From the NCBI GenBank assembly GCA_964643805.1, contig CAZXUD010000001.1, positions 9,147 through 42,721 on the forward strand: a stretch of 33,575 bases of DNA, written 5' to 3'. Positions 9,334 to 18,274 of the stretch are shown here, one piece after another. Every line of letters starts with the position of its first letter. Position 1 is the stretch's first letter. This DNA comes from an uncultured Candidatus Peribacteria bacterium (lineage in GTDB: Bacteria; Patescibacteriota; Gracilibacteria; Peribacterales; Peribacteraceae). Under the pieces are notes generated by a model. It saw only the letters and a program-made list of their open reading frames with translations. It searched no databases and was not told the origin of the DNA. A program made the position numbers and the translations under genes.

Positions 9334-10080
9334 TTACGAGATGATTTCTGCCCCGTTTCTTGTGATGAGAACGGTGTGCTCAAAATGCGCTGAAAGTGCC
9401 TTATCTCTGGTAGAAAGTGTCCATCCGTCGGCTGCTTGGGTCACGTCATCGCTTCCGACGGACACTATTGGCTCTATGGCGACCACGGTATTTGCCGGCA
9501 AATGAGCACCGGTCCCTGCCTTGCCGACATTCGGGATGTCGGGGAACTGATGGAGTGACTTACCAAGCCCATGACCGGTGAGAGATTTCACGGCTTTGAA
9601 TCCCCTCTCTTCAGCATAGTTCTGAATCGTCTCCGAAATATCCCCAACTTGTATACCAGCCTTCACTATTTTTATGGCTTCAGATAGGGCTTCCTGAGTA
9701 GTTCTCAATAAAAGCGCCGCCTCATCTGAAATAGTTCCCACTGGCACAGTGATGCAGGCATCGGTATTGAGGCCATCGAGACGGACTCCGCAATCGAGTG
9801 AGATGATGTCGCCATCTTCCAGTACCCGATTACCGGGCATGCCGTGGACACACTCCTCATTTATAGATGTGCATAACGTTGATGGGTAGCCCATGTACCC
9901 CTGGAATGCCGGCTCGCCCCCGCGCGCGCGGATGAATTCTTCTGCAGCTGCGTCCAGCTCTGCCGTGGTAACGCCCGGCTTTACTAAGCCCGCGACGTGT
10001 TTGAGGCAGTCATGCAAGATGCGCCCCGCTTTTCGGAAGCTGGCAATTTCCTGCTCATTGAAAATTTGGCACTGGGACAT
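9334..10080 (-). CDS. map: Methionine aminopeptidase, type I
   Basis: Pita-bread fold motifs: FQGYMGYPSTLCTSINEECVHGMP, DIISLDCG, LTGHGLG, VVAIEP, HFEHTVLIT. The ATG at 10080 is preferred over the TTG at 10086. Confidence 0.95.
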   Translation of the reverse strand: MSQCQIFNEQEIASFRKAGRILHDCLKHVAGLVKPGVTTAELDAAAEEFIRARGGEPAFQGYMGYPSTLCTSINEECVHGMPGNRVLEDGDIISLDCGVRLDGLNTDACITVPVGTISDEAALLLRTTQEALSEAIKIVKAGIQVGDISETIQNYAEERGFKAVKSLTGHGLGKSLHQFPDIPNVGKAGTGAHLPANTVVAIEPIVSVGSDDVTQAADGWTLSTRDKALSAHFEHTVLITRNGAEIIS

Positions 10081-10116
10081 GACCAAAGTGTACGCGAAGA
10101 AAATGGAAAAAGGAGG

Positions 10117-10719
10117 CTAGTTCGAGATATTTTCGGCGTATTCAATGGCTTCCTTCAATTGAGCGTAGACCTCTTCTTCCGACTGAGAACCGTCAATTTC
10201 GACGACCAGCCCAGCCTCTTTGTATCGTTCAATGACGGGCATCGTCTTCTCTTCAAAGGTATCCATGCGACGATTCACCTTTTCCATATCGGCATCATCG
10301 GCTCGACCCTCTATCTTTGCTCGGCCCTTGATGCGCTCCACTGCTTCATCACGATCTAATACAATGTGAATGCAACGAAAATCACGACCGGCTTCTTCCA
10401 TAATAGAATCGAACTCGACCATTTGGTCTTCGTCTCGTGGCATACCATCGAACAGGATTGGCTGTCCATTGAGTTGAGCCATCACTGCCTTTCGTACCAT
10501 TTGCATCGTGATTTCGAATGGCACTAAACGGCCACTCTCCACATATTCCTTCACAGTGTTACCAAGCTCAGAACCACTGGCCGCAACTTTGCGAAGCTCA
10601 CCACCTGTTTCAAAAATATAATAATCACTGTCCTCAGCGAGACGCTTAGCTTGAGTACCTTTGCCGGAGCCTTGGATTCCGAAGAAAACGAGATCCATGT
10701 CTTGAGTATCGGGAGACAT
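10117..10719 (-). CDS. adk: Adenylate kinase (short-LID form)
   Basis: P-loop FGIQGSGKGTQAKRLA, then FDGMPRDEDQ, and a LID region reduced to IKGRAKIEGRADDADMEKVNRR with no Cys4/long insert. An alternative start at ATG 10698 (MDLVFFG...) gives the more usual N-terminus. Confidence 0.9.
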   Translation of the reverse strand: MSPDTQDMDLVFFGIQGSGKGTQAKRLAEDSDYYIFETGGELRKVAASGSELGNTVKEYVESGRLVPFEITMQMVRKAVMAQLNGQPILFDGMPRDEDQMVEFDSIMEEAGRDFRCIHIVLDRDEAVERIKGRAKIEGRADDADMEKVNRRMDTFEEKTMPVIERYKEAGLVVEIDGSQSEEEVYAQLKEAIEYAENISN

Positions 10720-10751
10720 AATTATTACATTAAAAATTAAGAGTGCACACT

Positions 10752-11042
10752 CTACAAATCTGAGGGCGCCGGGTCAAAGGAAATTTCTGTAGAAAAGTGA
10801 AGTATTCCATACGCACCGTTTATGGCTTCCTCAAGGCCAAAATTAGCATCAGAAAACCACGGTACGCACACGAAGAGTCTTTCCCATAAATGTGTGCGTA
10901 ACTCATCTATTTTTTGCTGCGCCATAATATTGAGACCGTGGTGCTCCAGTTCAACAATTTCTTTTGTCAGGCTCCAGGCAACTTCTGAATCGGTTAATTC
11001 ATGAGCTACGCGCGTGAATTCATCCTGCGTATCAATCTGCAT
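10752..11042 (-). CDS. Hypothetical small acidic protein (96 aa) embedded between secY and adk
   Basis: The ATG at 11042 lies 1 nt after the secY stop codon (11044-11046), which suggests translational coupling. No recognisable motif. Confidence 0.6.
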   Translation of the reverse strand: MQIDTQDEFTRVAHELTDSEVAWSLTKEIVELEHHGLNIMAQQKIDELRTHLWERLFVCVPWFSDANFGLEEAINGAYGILHFSTEISFDPAPSDL

Positions 11043-11043
11043 A

Positions 11044-12327
11044 CTAGATCAATTTGTCATAATCATGCGCCAATAATTGCGCATTGATCTGACGAATGAG
11101 TTCCATCACCACACCCACCACGATGATTAATCCTGAGCCAGAGATGATGAGGTCTTGCGAGGTAAGGTCAGAGAACATAGTGAAGAGCAGCGGCACAATT
11201 GCCACGACACCGAGGAAAAGACCTCCCCATAGGTTCATGCGGCTACTCACTTTAGCAAGGAGTTCCGCTGTCTGTTTGCCTGGACGAATACCAGGGACGA
11301 ATCCACCGCGCTTCTGAATGTTCTCGGCGACTTCATCAGGACGGAACGTGACGGATACGTAGAAATACGTAAATACCATCACTAATGCAAAGTAGAGGAC
11401 GATGTACAAGTAGGTAGGCTCCTGTGGATTCATGTACGTGGTGATGAATTGAGACACCACATCGAACCGAGCGGACGTCTGGAGGAACTGACCAATAATG
11501 GCTGGCAGCGTAATGAGGGAGATAGCGAAGATGATTGGAATCATGCCTGCCTGATTGAGACGAATTGGAATGTTACCCTGCACGCCGCGGCCAGAACCTT
11601 GGTTAGCGTAGGTCAATGGAATAAGACGGTGTGCGTCGGTGAAGAGCACAACCGCTACCAACATGGCCATGGAAACAATGCAGAAGAGGTAGAAGGCCAT
11701 CAGCTTTCCTTCACCTGCGTAGAACATGGAGCTAAGAGTGGCTGGAATTCCTGAGACGATACCAATGAAAATGATGAGCGAAGTGCCGTTACCGATCCCC
11801 TTCTCGGTCAGTAATTCACCGAGCCACATTAAGAAGAGTGAACCGGCCGTTACGTACATCATTGGGACAAGGACATTTGGGAACGAGACATCTACAAAGT
11901 TACCGATGCCGCCTTGCTGCAAGAGAAGGAGAAAGCCGTAACTCTGAATGAACGCGAGTGGCAAGGTAAGCCAGCGTGTGTAACGGTTGATGATCAATTG
12001 TCCGTGCTGACCTTCTTTGGATAACGCTTCCAATTTTGGGAAAATAACCGTGCACAATTGAACAATGATGGATGCGTTGATGTATGGGGAAAGACCCAAC
12101 ATCACCACGGAGAAGTTATCCAACGCGCCGCCTGTTAAGGCTGCAAAAACGCCCAGGACACCTAGTCCACTAGCACCGGAATCAAGCAACGTTCGTAATT
12201 CAAAAACGTCTGCTCCTGGCACTGGAATGTGCGCCACAATGCGGTACACCACTAACAGGGCAATCGTAATAATAATTCGCTTACGCAACTCTCGTGAGTG
12301 CCAAAGCTGTAGAAGGTACGTAAACAT
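11044..12327 (-). CDS. secY: Preprotein translocase subunit SecY
   Basis: 427 aa with 10 TM helices. Motifs: RELRKRIIITIALLVVYRIVAHIPVPG, LGLSPYINASIIVQL, IQKRGGFVPGIRPGKQT. Canonical position after rplO. Confidence 0.97.
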   Translation of the reverse strand: MFTYLLQLWHSRELRKRIIITIALLVVYRIVAHIPVPGADVFELRTLLDSGASGLGVLGVFAALTGGALDNFSVVMLGLSPYINASIIVQLCTVIFPKLEALSKEGQHGQLIINRYTRWLTLPLAFIQSYGFLLLLQQGGIGNFVDVSFPNVLVPMMYVTAGSLFLMWLGELLTEKGIGNGTSLIIFIGIVSGIPATLSSMFYAGEGKLMAFYLFCIVSMAMLVAVVLFTDAHRLIPLTYANQGSGRGVQGNIPIRLNQAGMIPIIFAISLITLPAIIGQFLQTSARFDVVSQFITTYMNPQEPTYLYIVLYFALVMVFTYFYVSVTFRPDEVAENIQKRGGFVPGIRPGKQTAELLAKVSSRMNLWGGLFLGVVAIVPLLFTMFSDLTSQDLIISGSGLIIVVGVVMELIRQINAQLLAHDYDKLI

Positions 12328-12336
12328 GGCTTATTT

Positions 12337-12774
12337 TTAAGCAATCTGCACCGATCCGCCGGCTTTCTCTATGGCTGCTTTTGCAGTTGGGGAAGCGGCA
12401 TGAACAGTGAGGCTGAATTTCTTCTTTACGGCGCCGCGTCCCAGTAACTTCACCGGCTTCTTGGAGCGCACTAAACGGGCAGCGCGGAGAGCAGCGACAT
12501 CGTAGCTACCGGCCTCAAGTTTTTCTTCCAAAGAATCAAGGTTGACCACCTCGTACTCAATGCGGGAAGGATTGCGGAAACCACCCAATTTTGGTTGGCG
12601 ACGCAACAATGGTGTCTGACCGCCTTCAAAGCCCAAACGGTAACCTTTACCGGTACGAGCGTGTTGGCCTTTGGTACCACGACCTGCGGTTGTACCGCCG
12701 CCGGCACTGCTGCCGCGGGCAACGCGCTTGCGTGGCCGCTTGGAACCCGGTGCTGGTTTCAATGTGAAGAGCAT
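12337..12774 (-). CDS. rplO: 50S ribosomal protein L15
   Basis: MLFTLKPAPGSKRPRKRVARGSSAGGGTTAGRGTKGQHARTG. The ATG at 12774 gives the canonical N-terminus, whereas the ORF-track start at 12792 is a GTG. Confidence 0.95.
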   Translation of the reverse strand: MLFTLKPAPGSKRPRKRVARGSSAGGGTTAGRGTKGQHARTGKGYRLGFEGGQTPLLRRQPKLGGFRNPSRIEYEVVNLDSLEEKLEAGSYDVAALRAARLVRSKKPVKLLGRGAVKKKFSLTVHAASPTAKAAIEKAGGSVQIA

Positions 12775-12904
12775 GGCAATCAAATCACCCACCAGAGGCG
12801 GATGTCTGGCCTATGGTAGTGATGACCCCCTGATCTCTCAAGTAATTTTGCGTCAAATTCGCCAAATAAAATAGCAAGCCTATGTTCCGTTCAGGGGTGC
12901 TAAA

Positions 12905-14002
12905 ATGCCTCTGATGCGACGGTTGATTCTAACCATAACCGCCTTTCTGGTGGTTCCTACACTTGCGCTGGCCGAACAGCCAGCCACCCACGTGACCCGG
13001 GCCGAAGCGGCCATGCTTCTTTTGAGTACCCTAGGTGAGCCCATCCCAGAGCGACAAAGTACGTATGTGGATGTCATCACGAAGCAGTGGTACACGCCCT
13101 ATGTCTTGGAGGCGGTGCATCGCCGTATTTTCGAACCGAATAAAATGAACGGGTTGATTCAGCCGCACCGTGCCGTGACGCGCGCCGAATTACTGAAGAT
13201 GATGTCGGTGGCGTTTGGCCTACAGACCAATCTGCCCTCACACTACAGTGACGTTGCAACGGGCGCCTGGTTTGCTCCGTATGCGGGCATTGCAGAAAAG
13301 CACACGCTCTTCCCGGGAACAACGAATGGCCAGCTGCAACCGAATGCGTCAGTAACGCATGCCGATGCAGCAGCTGCCTTGATTACCATTTTGAATAACT
13401 ACCCAAACTTACGCGGCTCTGCGACAGCCATGGAACGGCGCGCTGCGCGTATGGCCAGTAAACATGGAGCTGCTCCTACGCAGGGACAATCGAGTTCATC
13501 GTTTGCGACAACGAATATGGTGAAGCGTTCCACAGTGCGCGCTACGACAAGATCCACCGACGTCGCTTCCGAGAGTAAAGGGCAGCTGCTCAACTTGATT
13601 AATGAGGAACGAAAAAATGCTGGCCAGGCACCACTCGTGGAAAATATTTTCCTGAGCAAAGCCGCCCTCGGTCATGCCCGCGACATGTGGGACCGTGGCT
13701 ACTTTAGTCACATTAGCCCCGAAGGTGAAACCTTCGCTGACCGCATTACAGAGAGTGGCTATCTAGAAGTTTCCGATGCCGAATGTGGTTGCACCACCAA
13801 CTGCATCTGCCAACCGGAATACGCGATTGGGGAAAATATTGCTCAAGGACAAATGACCCCCGATCAAGCCGTGGCAGACTGGATGAATTCAGGACCCCAC
13901 AAACAAAATATTCTGAGCGCCAATTACAACGAAACGGGTATTGGCATCTTTGGGAATGTTTGGGTCCAAACCTTTGGCAAGAGGACGGTAAAACGGCATT
14001 AG
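12905..14002 (+). CDS. Secreted protein: signal peptide, two SLH-like repeats and a C-terminal CAP/SCP (PR-1, YkwD-like) domain
   Basis: Signal peptide MPLMRRLILTITAFLVVPTLALA. SLH-like repeats YVDVITKQWYTPYVLEAV...AVTRAELLKMM and YSDVATGAWFAPYAGIAEK...SVTHADAAAALITIL. CAP motifs LLNLINEERKNAG, GHARDMWDRGYFSHISPEG, GENIAQG, DWMNSGPHKQNILSANYNETGIGI. It is the only plus-strand gene inside the r-protein cluster. Confidence 0.8.
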   Translation: MPLMRRLILTITAFLVVPTLALAEQPATHVTRAEAAMLLLSTLGEPIPERQSTYVDVITKQWYTPYVLEAVHRRIFEPNKMNGLIQPHRAVTRAELLKMMSVAFGLQTNLPSHYSDVATGAWFAPYAGIAEKHTLFPGTTNGQLQPNASVTHADAAAALITILNNYPNLRGSATAMERRAARMASKHGAAPTQGQSSSSFATTNMVKRSTVRATTRSTDVASESKGQLLNLINEERKNAGQAPLVENIFLSKAALGHARDMWDRGYFSHISPEGETFADRITESGYLEVSDAECGCTTNCICQPEYAIGENIAQGQMTPDQAVADWMNSGPHKQNILSANYNETGIGIFGNVWVQTFGKRTVKRH

Positions 14003-14511
14003 GAAGCCATTTTCGCCAGGGTCACACCAAACTCTTCTGCCGCCTTTGGTCCATTGCCGGTAACAATTTTGCCATCGACGGTGACAGAATCACCCGTGTA
14101 AAGCGCACCGTATTCTTTGAGAGTGGCGATAGCTTCGTCTGATTCGAACACCGTCGCATGCTTGCCTTCGAGCAAGCGTGCCTTTGCAAGAATAGTTGGT
14201 GCAATACAAATTGCTCCGACAATCTTGTCGGCACGAACGGCATCGTTCGCTAATTGAAGCGCGTCACCATCATTGGCATACGCACCCGCTCCGGGGCCAC
14301 CGATGAAGGCGATGCAATCGAAGTCCATGACGTGTACATCGCGCATGGCAATGTCCGCCGTTTCTCTTCCATCATATTTACCCACGCACTCCCCTGCTTC
14401 CTTACTCGTGAGTGTTATGGAGAAGCCCGCGGTTTCGAGACCATCACGGGTGCCCTTCAGTTCCACATCTTGGTACCCCTGTTGAGCGATAAAAATGAGA
14501 GCGCGTGGCAT
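13999..14511 (-). CDS. DJ-1/PfpI family protein
   Basis: 170 aa with a nucleophile-elbow Cys in VGAICIAPTILAKARLL, plus FDCIAFIGGPGA and GKIVTGNGP. Its stop codon overlaps the CAP gene stop convergently (13999-14002). Confidence 0.85.
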   Translation of the reverse strand: MPRALIFIAQQGYQDVELKGTRDGLETAGFSITLTSKEAGECVGKYDGRETADIAMRDVHVMDFDCIAFIGGPGAGAYANDGDALQLANDAVRADKIVGAICIAPTILAKARLLEGKHATVFESDEAIATLKEYGALYTGDSVTVDGKIVTGNGPKAAEEFGVTLAKMAS

Positions 14512-14568
14512 AGGAAAGAATCATATCACTAAAAAGACACAACTGATGACATTCGCACTGCCCGAGTA

Positions 14569-15177
14569 TTACGCCTTGAGGGTGCCTTCTTCAGAAATGT
14601 CTGCCCGGCTGACTTGCTTCACTTGAATATTCTCGTCACCGTTATCAATGGCATCACCTTCTTTCTTCACGACCTTTTCAGGTTCGTCTGCAATTTTACC
14701 ACGCAGTCTGGTGAGTGCTTTCATCACTGCCTGCGCGTTGACCAATTTGTTGCTGGTACCGTAACGCTTGGAGAGAACGTTCTTCACACCAGCGTGGTCC
14801 AACACAACACGAAGGGCACCACCCGCGATAATACCGGTGCCTTCCGCAGCAGGGATTAAGCGGATAATGGCTGCCTTGTGTTTGAAGTCGACTTCGTGCG
14901 GAATAGTTCCATTTACGAGGGGAATGCGGATCATGTTGCGCTTGGCAGCTTTGGTTGCCTTCTCTACGGCAGCGCGAACTTCGTTTGCCTTACCTGTTCC
15001 CAAACCAACTTTGCCTTTCTTGTTACCAACAACCACCACAGCACGGAAACGCATACGACGACCTCCGGCTACCACACGCGTGACACGGTCTACGGAGAGC
15101 GTTGCTTCTTCGTATTCCCCAGGCTCGCGACGAGCGCGGTCCTTTTGGCGGCGGTCTGGCTTGGAAGTCTTAGGCAT
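14569..15177 (-). CDS. rpsE: 30S ribosomal protein S5
   Basis: VDRVTRVVAGGRRMRFRAVVVVGNKKGKVGLGTGKANEVRAAVEKA...GTGIIAGGALRVVLDHAGVKNVLSKRYGTSN. About 45-aa acidic C-terminal tail. The ATG at 15177 avoids the 32-nt overlap with rplR that the 15216 start would imply. Confidence 0.94.
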   Translation of the reverse strand: MPKTSKPDRRQKDRARREPGEYEEATLSVDRVTRVVAGGRRMRFRAVVVVGNKKGKVGLGTGKANEVRAAVEKATKAAKRNMIRIPLVNGTIPHEVDFKHKAAIIRLIPAAEGTGIIAGGALRVVLDHAGVKNVLSKRYGTSNKLVNAQAVMKALTRLRGKIADEPEKVVKKEGDAIDNGDENIQVKQVSRADISEEGTLKA

Positions 15178-15184
15178 AGAGAGG

Positions 15185-15529
15185 TTAGAAAGTGAGGCCA
15201 CCTTCGCGCGCGGCATCTGCCAACGCTTTTATGCGGCCATGGTACTTGTAAGCATTGCGATCGAAGACGACTGCATTCACCTTAGCATCTTTCGCCTTTT
15301 TAGCGATAAGAGTGCCCAAGGCTTTTGCACCGTCGGTGTTTGGCTTCTTCTTCAACTCCTTCGTGTTAGCGGCTGCCAACGTCTTGCCCGTAGTATCGTC
15401 GATAATCTGCACCGAAATGCGGGTCATAGAACGGTACACGCTGAGGCGTGGACGAGCAGCATCACCTTTTACGCGGCTGCGAATGCGTCTCTTTCTTGCC
15501 AATCGACTGTGAGATTTAGAGTTAGCCAT
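15185..15529 (-). CDS. rplR: 50S ribosomal protein L18
   Basis: RKRRIRSRVKGDAARPRLSVYRSMTRISVQIIDD...VVFDRNAYKYHGRIKALADAAREGGLTF. Confidence 0.96.
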   Translation of the reverse strand: MANSKSHSRLARKRRIRSRVKGDAARPRLSVYRSMTRISVQIIDDTTGKTLAAANTKELKKKPNTDGAKALGTLIAKKAKDAKVNAVVFDRNAYKYHGRIKALADAAREGGLTF

Positions 15530-15534
15530 AAGAA

Positions 15535-16092
15535 TTAAGCGGCAGTTTTAGCGGCCGCAGCTTTACCAGCTTTGCGGCGGACGAATTCATCGGTGTAGCG
15601 CACACCTTTGCCTTTGTAAGGTTCTGGTGGGCGGTAACCACGGATCACGGCAGCCGTTTGGCCGACGAGTTGTTTATCAACACCACTAATCACCAGCACG
15701 TTCTTATTTTCTGCATCCGGCGCAACTTCAATACCTTCTGGTACTGGGAAGTTGATAGGGTGCGAGTGACCTAAGTTAAGAACGAGTGTCTTTCCTTTCA
15801 CTTGTGCTTTGTAACCCACTCCAATGATCTCCAGCTTCTTCTGGAAACCCTTTTCAACGCCGAACACCATGTTGGCGATGAGTTGGCGGATGAGGCCATG
15901 GCGCTCACGAGACTGAAGATTATCAGTCTTCGTGGTAATGAGCACTTGGTTACCTTCCACGGCCACGTTTACTTCCGGCAACATTGGAATCGACAACTTC
16001 CCTTTTGGTCCCTCCACTTTTATAGAGTTACCCGCCACCTGAACGGTGACGCCGGAGGGAATAGCCACTGGTTTGCGACCAATACGTGACAT
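15535..16092 (-). CDS. rplF: 50S ribosomal protein L6
   Basis: MSRIGRKPVAIPSGVTVQV...GHSHPINFPVPEGI...IRGYRPPEPYKGKGVRY. Confidence 0.97.
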   Translation of the reverse strand: MSRIGRKPVAIPSGVTVQVAGNSIKVEGPKGKLSIPMLPEVNVAVEGNQVLITTKTDNLQSRERHGLIRQLIANMVFGVEKGFQKKLEIIGVGYKAQVKGKTLVLNLGHSHPINFPVPEGIEVAPDAENKNVLVISGVDKQLVGQTAAVIRGYRPPEPYKGKGVRYTDEFVRRKAGKAAAAKTAA

Positions 16093-16094
16093 GA

Positions 16095-16487
16095 TTAGGA
16101 AATGGTACAGAGAACTTCTCCGCCCAGCTTTTGAGCGCGGGCTTCTTTATCGGTCATGAGACCTTGGCTGGTGGTGAGTACAGCCGTGCCGAACCCCCGA
16201 AGGATTGGTTTGAGGTCGTTGTAGCCTTTGTACACACGACGACCAGGCTTACTCACACGTTTAATTTCGAGCGAAGGACGATCTTCAGCAAACTCCACCA
16301 CAATGCTCTGACGTGGCGCTTCGCCTTCCGTCTGCACTTCTTTCAACCAGCCTTCTTTTTTTAGAAGTTCACAGAGCTGCAGCTTCAACTTCGAAAGTGG
16401 AATGCGGCAGGTCTGGTGCCGAACGCTTTGTGCGTTCCGCATGCGGGTGAGCATATCGCCGATAGGATCATTAACGTAGGAAGACAT
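16095..16487 (-). CDS. rpsH: 30S ribosomal protein S8
   Basis: DPIGDMLTRMRNAQSVRHQ...GFGTAVLTTSQGLMTDKEARAQKLGGEVLCTI. Confidence 0.97.
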   Translation of the reverse strand: MSSYVNDPIGDMLTRMRNAQSVRHQTCRIPLSKLKLQLCELLKKEGWLKEVQTEGEAPRQSIVVEFAEDRPSLEIKRVSKPGRRVYKGYNDLKPILRGFGTAVLTTSQGLMTDKEARAQKLGGEVLCTIS

Positions 16488-16490
16488 GGT

Positions 16491-16715
16491 TTACCAGGAA
16501 GATTTAGTGACTCCAGGAATCTCACCAATGTTGGCAAGTTCACGGAAACAAATGCGGCAGATGCCGAAGAAACGCATGAAGCCGTGACGACGGCCACACT
16601 TGTGACAGCGGTTGTAAATGCGCGTTGGGAACTTTGGCTTACGACCTTCGGCGATAGCTTTCATGTAAGCTTCCATATGAGCGCGCTGCTTGTTGGTGAG
16701 GGCGAGTCTTGCCAT
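16491..16715 (-). CDS. rpsN: 30S ribosomal protein S14 (zinc-binding type, 74 aa)
   Basis: [13 protein letters not shown]...[39 protein letters not shown] (CxxC...CxxC). The ATG at 16715 is preferred. The ORF-track extension to 16760 overlaps rplE. Confidence 0.93.
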   Translation of the reverse strand: MARLALTNKQRAHMEAYMKAIAEGRKPKFPTRIYNRCHKCGRRHGFMRFFGICRICFRELANIGEIPGVTKSSW

Positions 16716-16719
16716 AAAG

Positions 16720-17328
16720 TTATGAACGGGAAGTATTGGAGTTCTCAGCTTTTGATTCAACTGATTGCGTGGCTTTCTTTTGGTCGCGTTTGAAAGGGAC
16801 TCCCATCTGCTTCAAGAGTGCCCGACCTTCCTCATCATTCTTTGCAGTCGTAGCAATCAGAATTTGCATACCGAAGATCTGTTTAGGATCTGGCAATGGC
16901 ACTTCTGGGAAAATAGAGTGGTCACGCAGACCAATGCTGTAGTTACCGTGGCCGTCTAATTTTGTAGGAAGTCCGCGGAAGTCGCGGATGCGTGGTAACA
17001 CGTAACTGATGAGGCGATCGAGGAACCATTCCATTTGCGCACCGCGCAAGGTGACCATAGCACCCACCACCATGTTCTCTCGAATTTTAAAGTTGGAGAT
17101 AGCTTTACCAGAGCGGGTGAAGACGGGCTTCTGACCCGTGATCTTTGCGAGGTTTTCACCAATGTATTCACGCATTTCTTTGCCTTCCATTTTGGCACGG
17201 TTGATACCCACGTTGACGATCACTTTGTCGACACGTGGCAAGGCGTGACCATTTTTGATCTTCAGCTCTTCGTGAAGAGCTTTCTTAATGGAACCATTGA
17301 GCCGTTTGTGGAGAGATTCGTAGGCCAT
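16720..17328 (-). CDS. rplE: 50S ribosomal protein L5
   Basis: [13 protein letters not shown]...[23 protein letters not shown]...[15 protein letters not shown]. Confidence 0.97.
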   Translation of the reverse strand: MAYESLHKRLNGSIKKALHEELKIKNGHALPRVDKVIVNVGINRAKMEGKEMREYIGENLAKITGQKPVFTRSGKAISNFKIRENMVVGAMVTLRGAQMEWFLDRLISYVLPRIRDFRGLPTKLDGHGNYSIGLRDHSIFPEVPLPDPKQIFGMQILIATTAKNDEEGRALLKQMGVPFKRDQKKATQSVESKAENSNTSRS

Positions 17329-17333
17329 AGAGT

Positions 17334-17909
17334 TTAGTCGCCGCGACCGTGGGTAAAGGTGCTCGGTTCGCGAGTTTGGTCAGGAACAGATTTATCAGTC
17401 TTCATGTGGCTTGGTTCACGGACTTCGGCTTGGTCCTTCACGTCTTCACCGAAGCTTAGGACTTTCTTCCAGAAAGGCCCCTTGGCTGGTGGTGCACTAA
17501 CCACCGTCGTTTCCTTGTCTTCAGATTTCTTGGTGCTCTTTCCTTTTGCGCCTGTCTTAGCGCCTTCTACTTTTGTTCCCGTCTTGGCACCAGCCTTACG
17601 GTCTGGCAACGCTTCGCCGCTGCGGAGTGCGACACGAGCCTTGTGGCCTTTGTCGTTCACCTTCATAGCAATACGCGTGCGCTTCTTCGTTTTAGGATCC
17701 AACAACATCACATTGCTAGCAGCAATGCCGGCTTCGTATTCTACGATAGAACCTGCACGCTGAGGGGTGGCTGGCAGGTGACGCTTGCGCATGTTGATGC
17801 CACTCACCACGAGGCGGTTCTTAGCGTGGAGGACGCGCAGGACCGTACCGGTCTTGCCTTTGTCCTTGCCGCTGATGATGACGACGGAATCGCCGCTACG
17901 GAGTTTCAT
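17334..17909 (-). CDS. rplX: 50S ribosomal protein L24 with an ~85-aa C-terminal extension
   Basis: The KOW core [26 protein letters not shown]...[15 protein letters not shown] ends near residue 105. A Lys/Ala/Thr-rich and then acidic tail follows, to residue 191. Confidence 0.93.
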   Translation of the reverse strand: MKLRSGDSVVIISGKDKGKTGTVLRVLHAKNRLVVSGINMRKRHLPATPQRAGSIVEYEAGIAASNVMLLDPKTKKRTRIAMKVNDKGHKARVALRSGEALPDRKAGAKTGTKVEGAKTGAKGKSTKKSEDKETTVVSAPPAKGPFWKKVLSFGEDVKDQAEVREPSHMKTDKSVPDQTREPSTFTHGRGD

Positions 17910-18274
17910 AAGACGTCGGGAGCGAGAGAAACAATTTTTTGGTAACCAGCGTAACGCACTTCACGAGCAACCGGACCGAAGACGCGGGTGCCTTTTGGCA
18001 GACCGTCTTTACCGATAATCACACAAGCATTGTCATCGAAGCGAATAGCAGTGCCATCTTTGCGACGCGTGGTATCACGCGTGCGGACGATGACAGCGCG
18101 CTCCACAGCTTTCTTAGCAACAGTGCCACGTGGCGCAGCGGTCTTCACCGCGACAATAATCACATCGCCTATGCGGGCGTACCGGCGGCGTGAGCCACCG
18201 AGCACTTTGATGCACATAACGCTTTTGGCGCCTGTGTTATCGGCCACGAGGAGGATAGATTGAGCTTGGATCAT
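17906..18274 (-). CDS. rplN: 50S ribosomal protein L14
   Basis: [44 protein letters not shown]...[10 protein letters not shown]. Confidence 0.98.
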   Translation of the reverse strand: MIQAQSILLVADNTGAKSVMCIKVLGGSRRRYARIGDVIIVAVKTAAPRGTVAKKAVERAVIVRTRDTTRRKDGTAIRFDDNACVIIGKDGLPKGTRVFGPVAREVRYAGYQKIVSLAPDVL

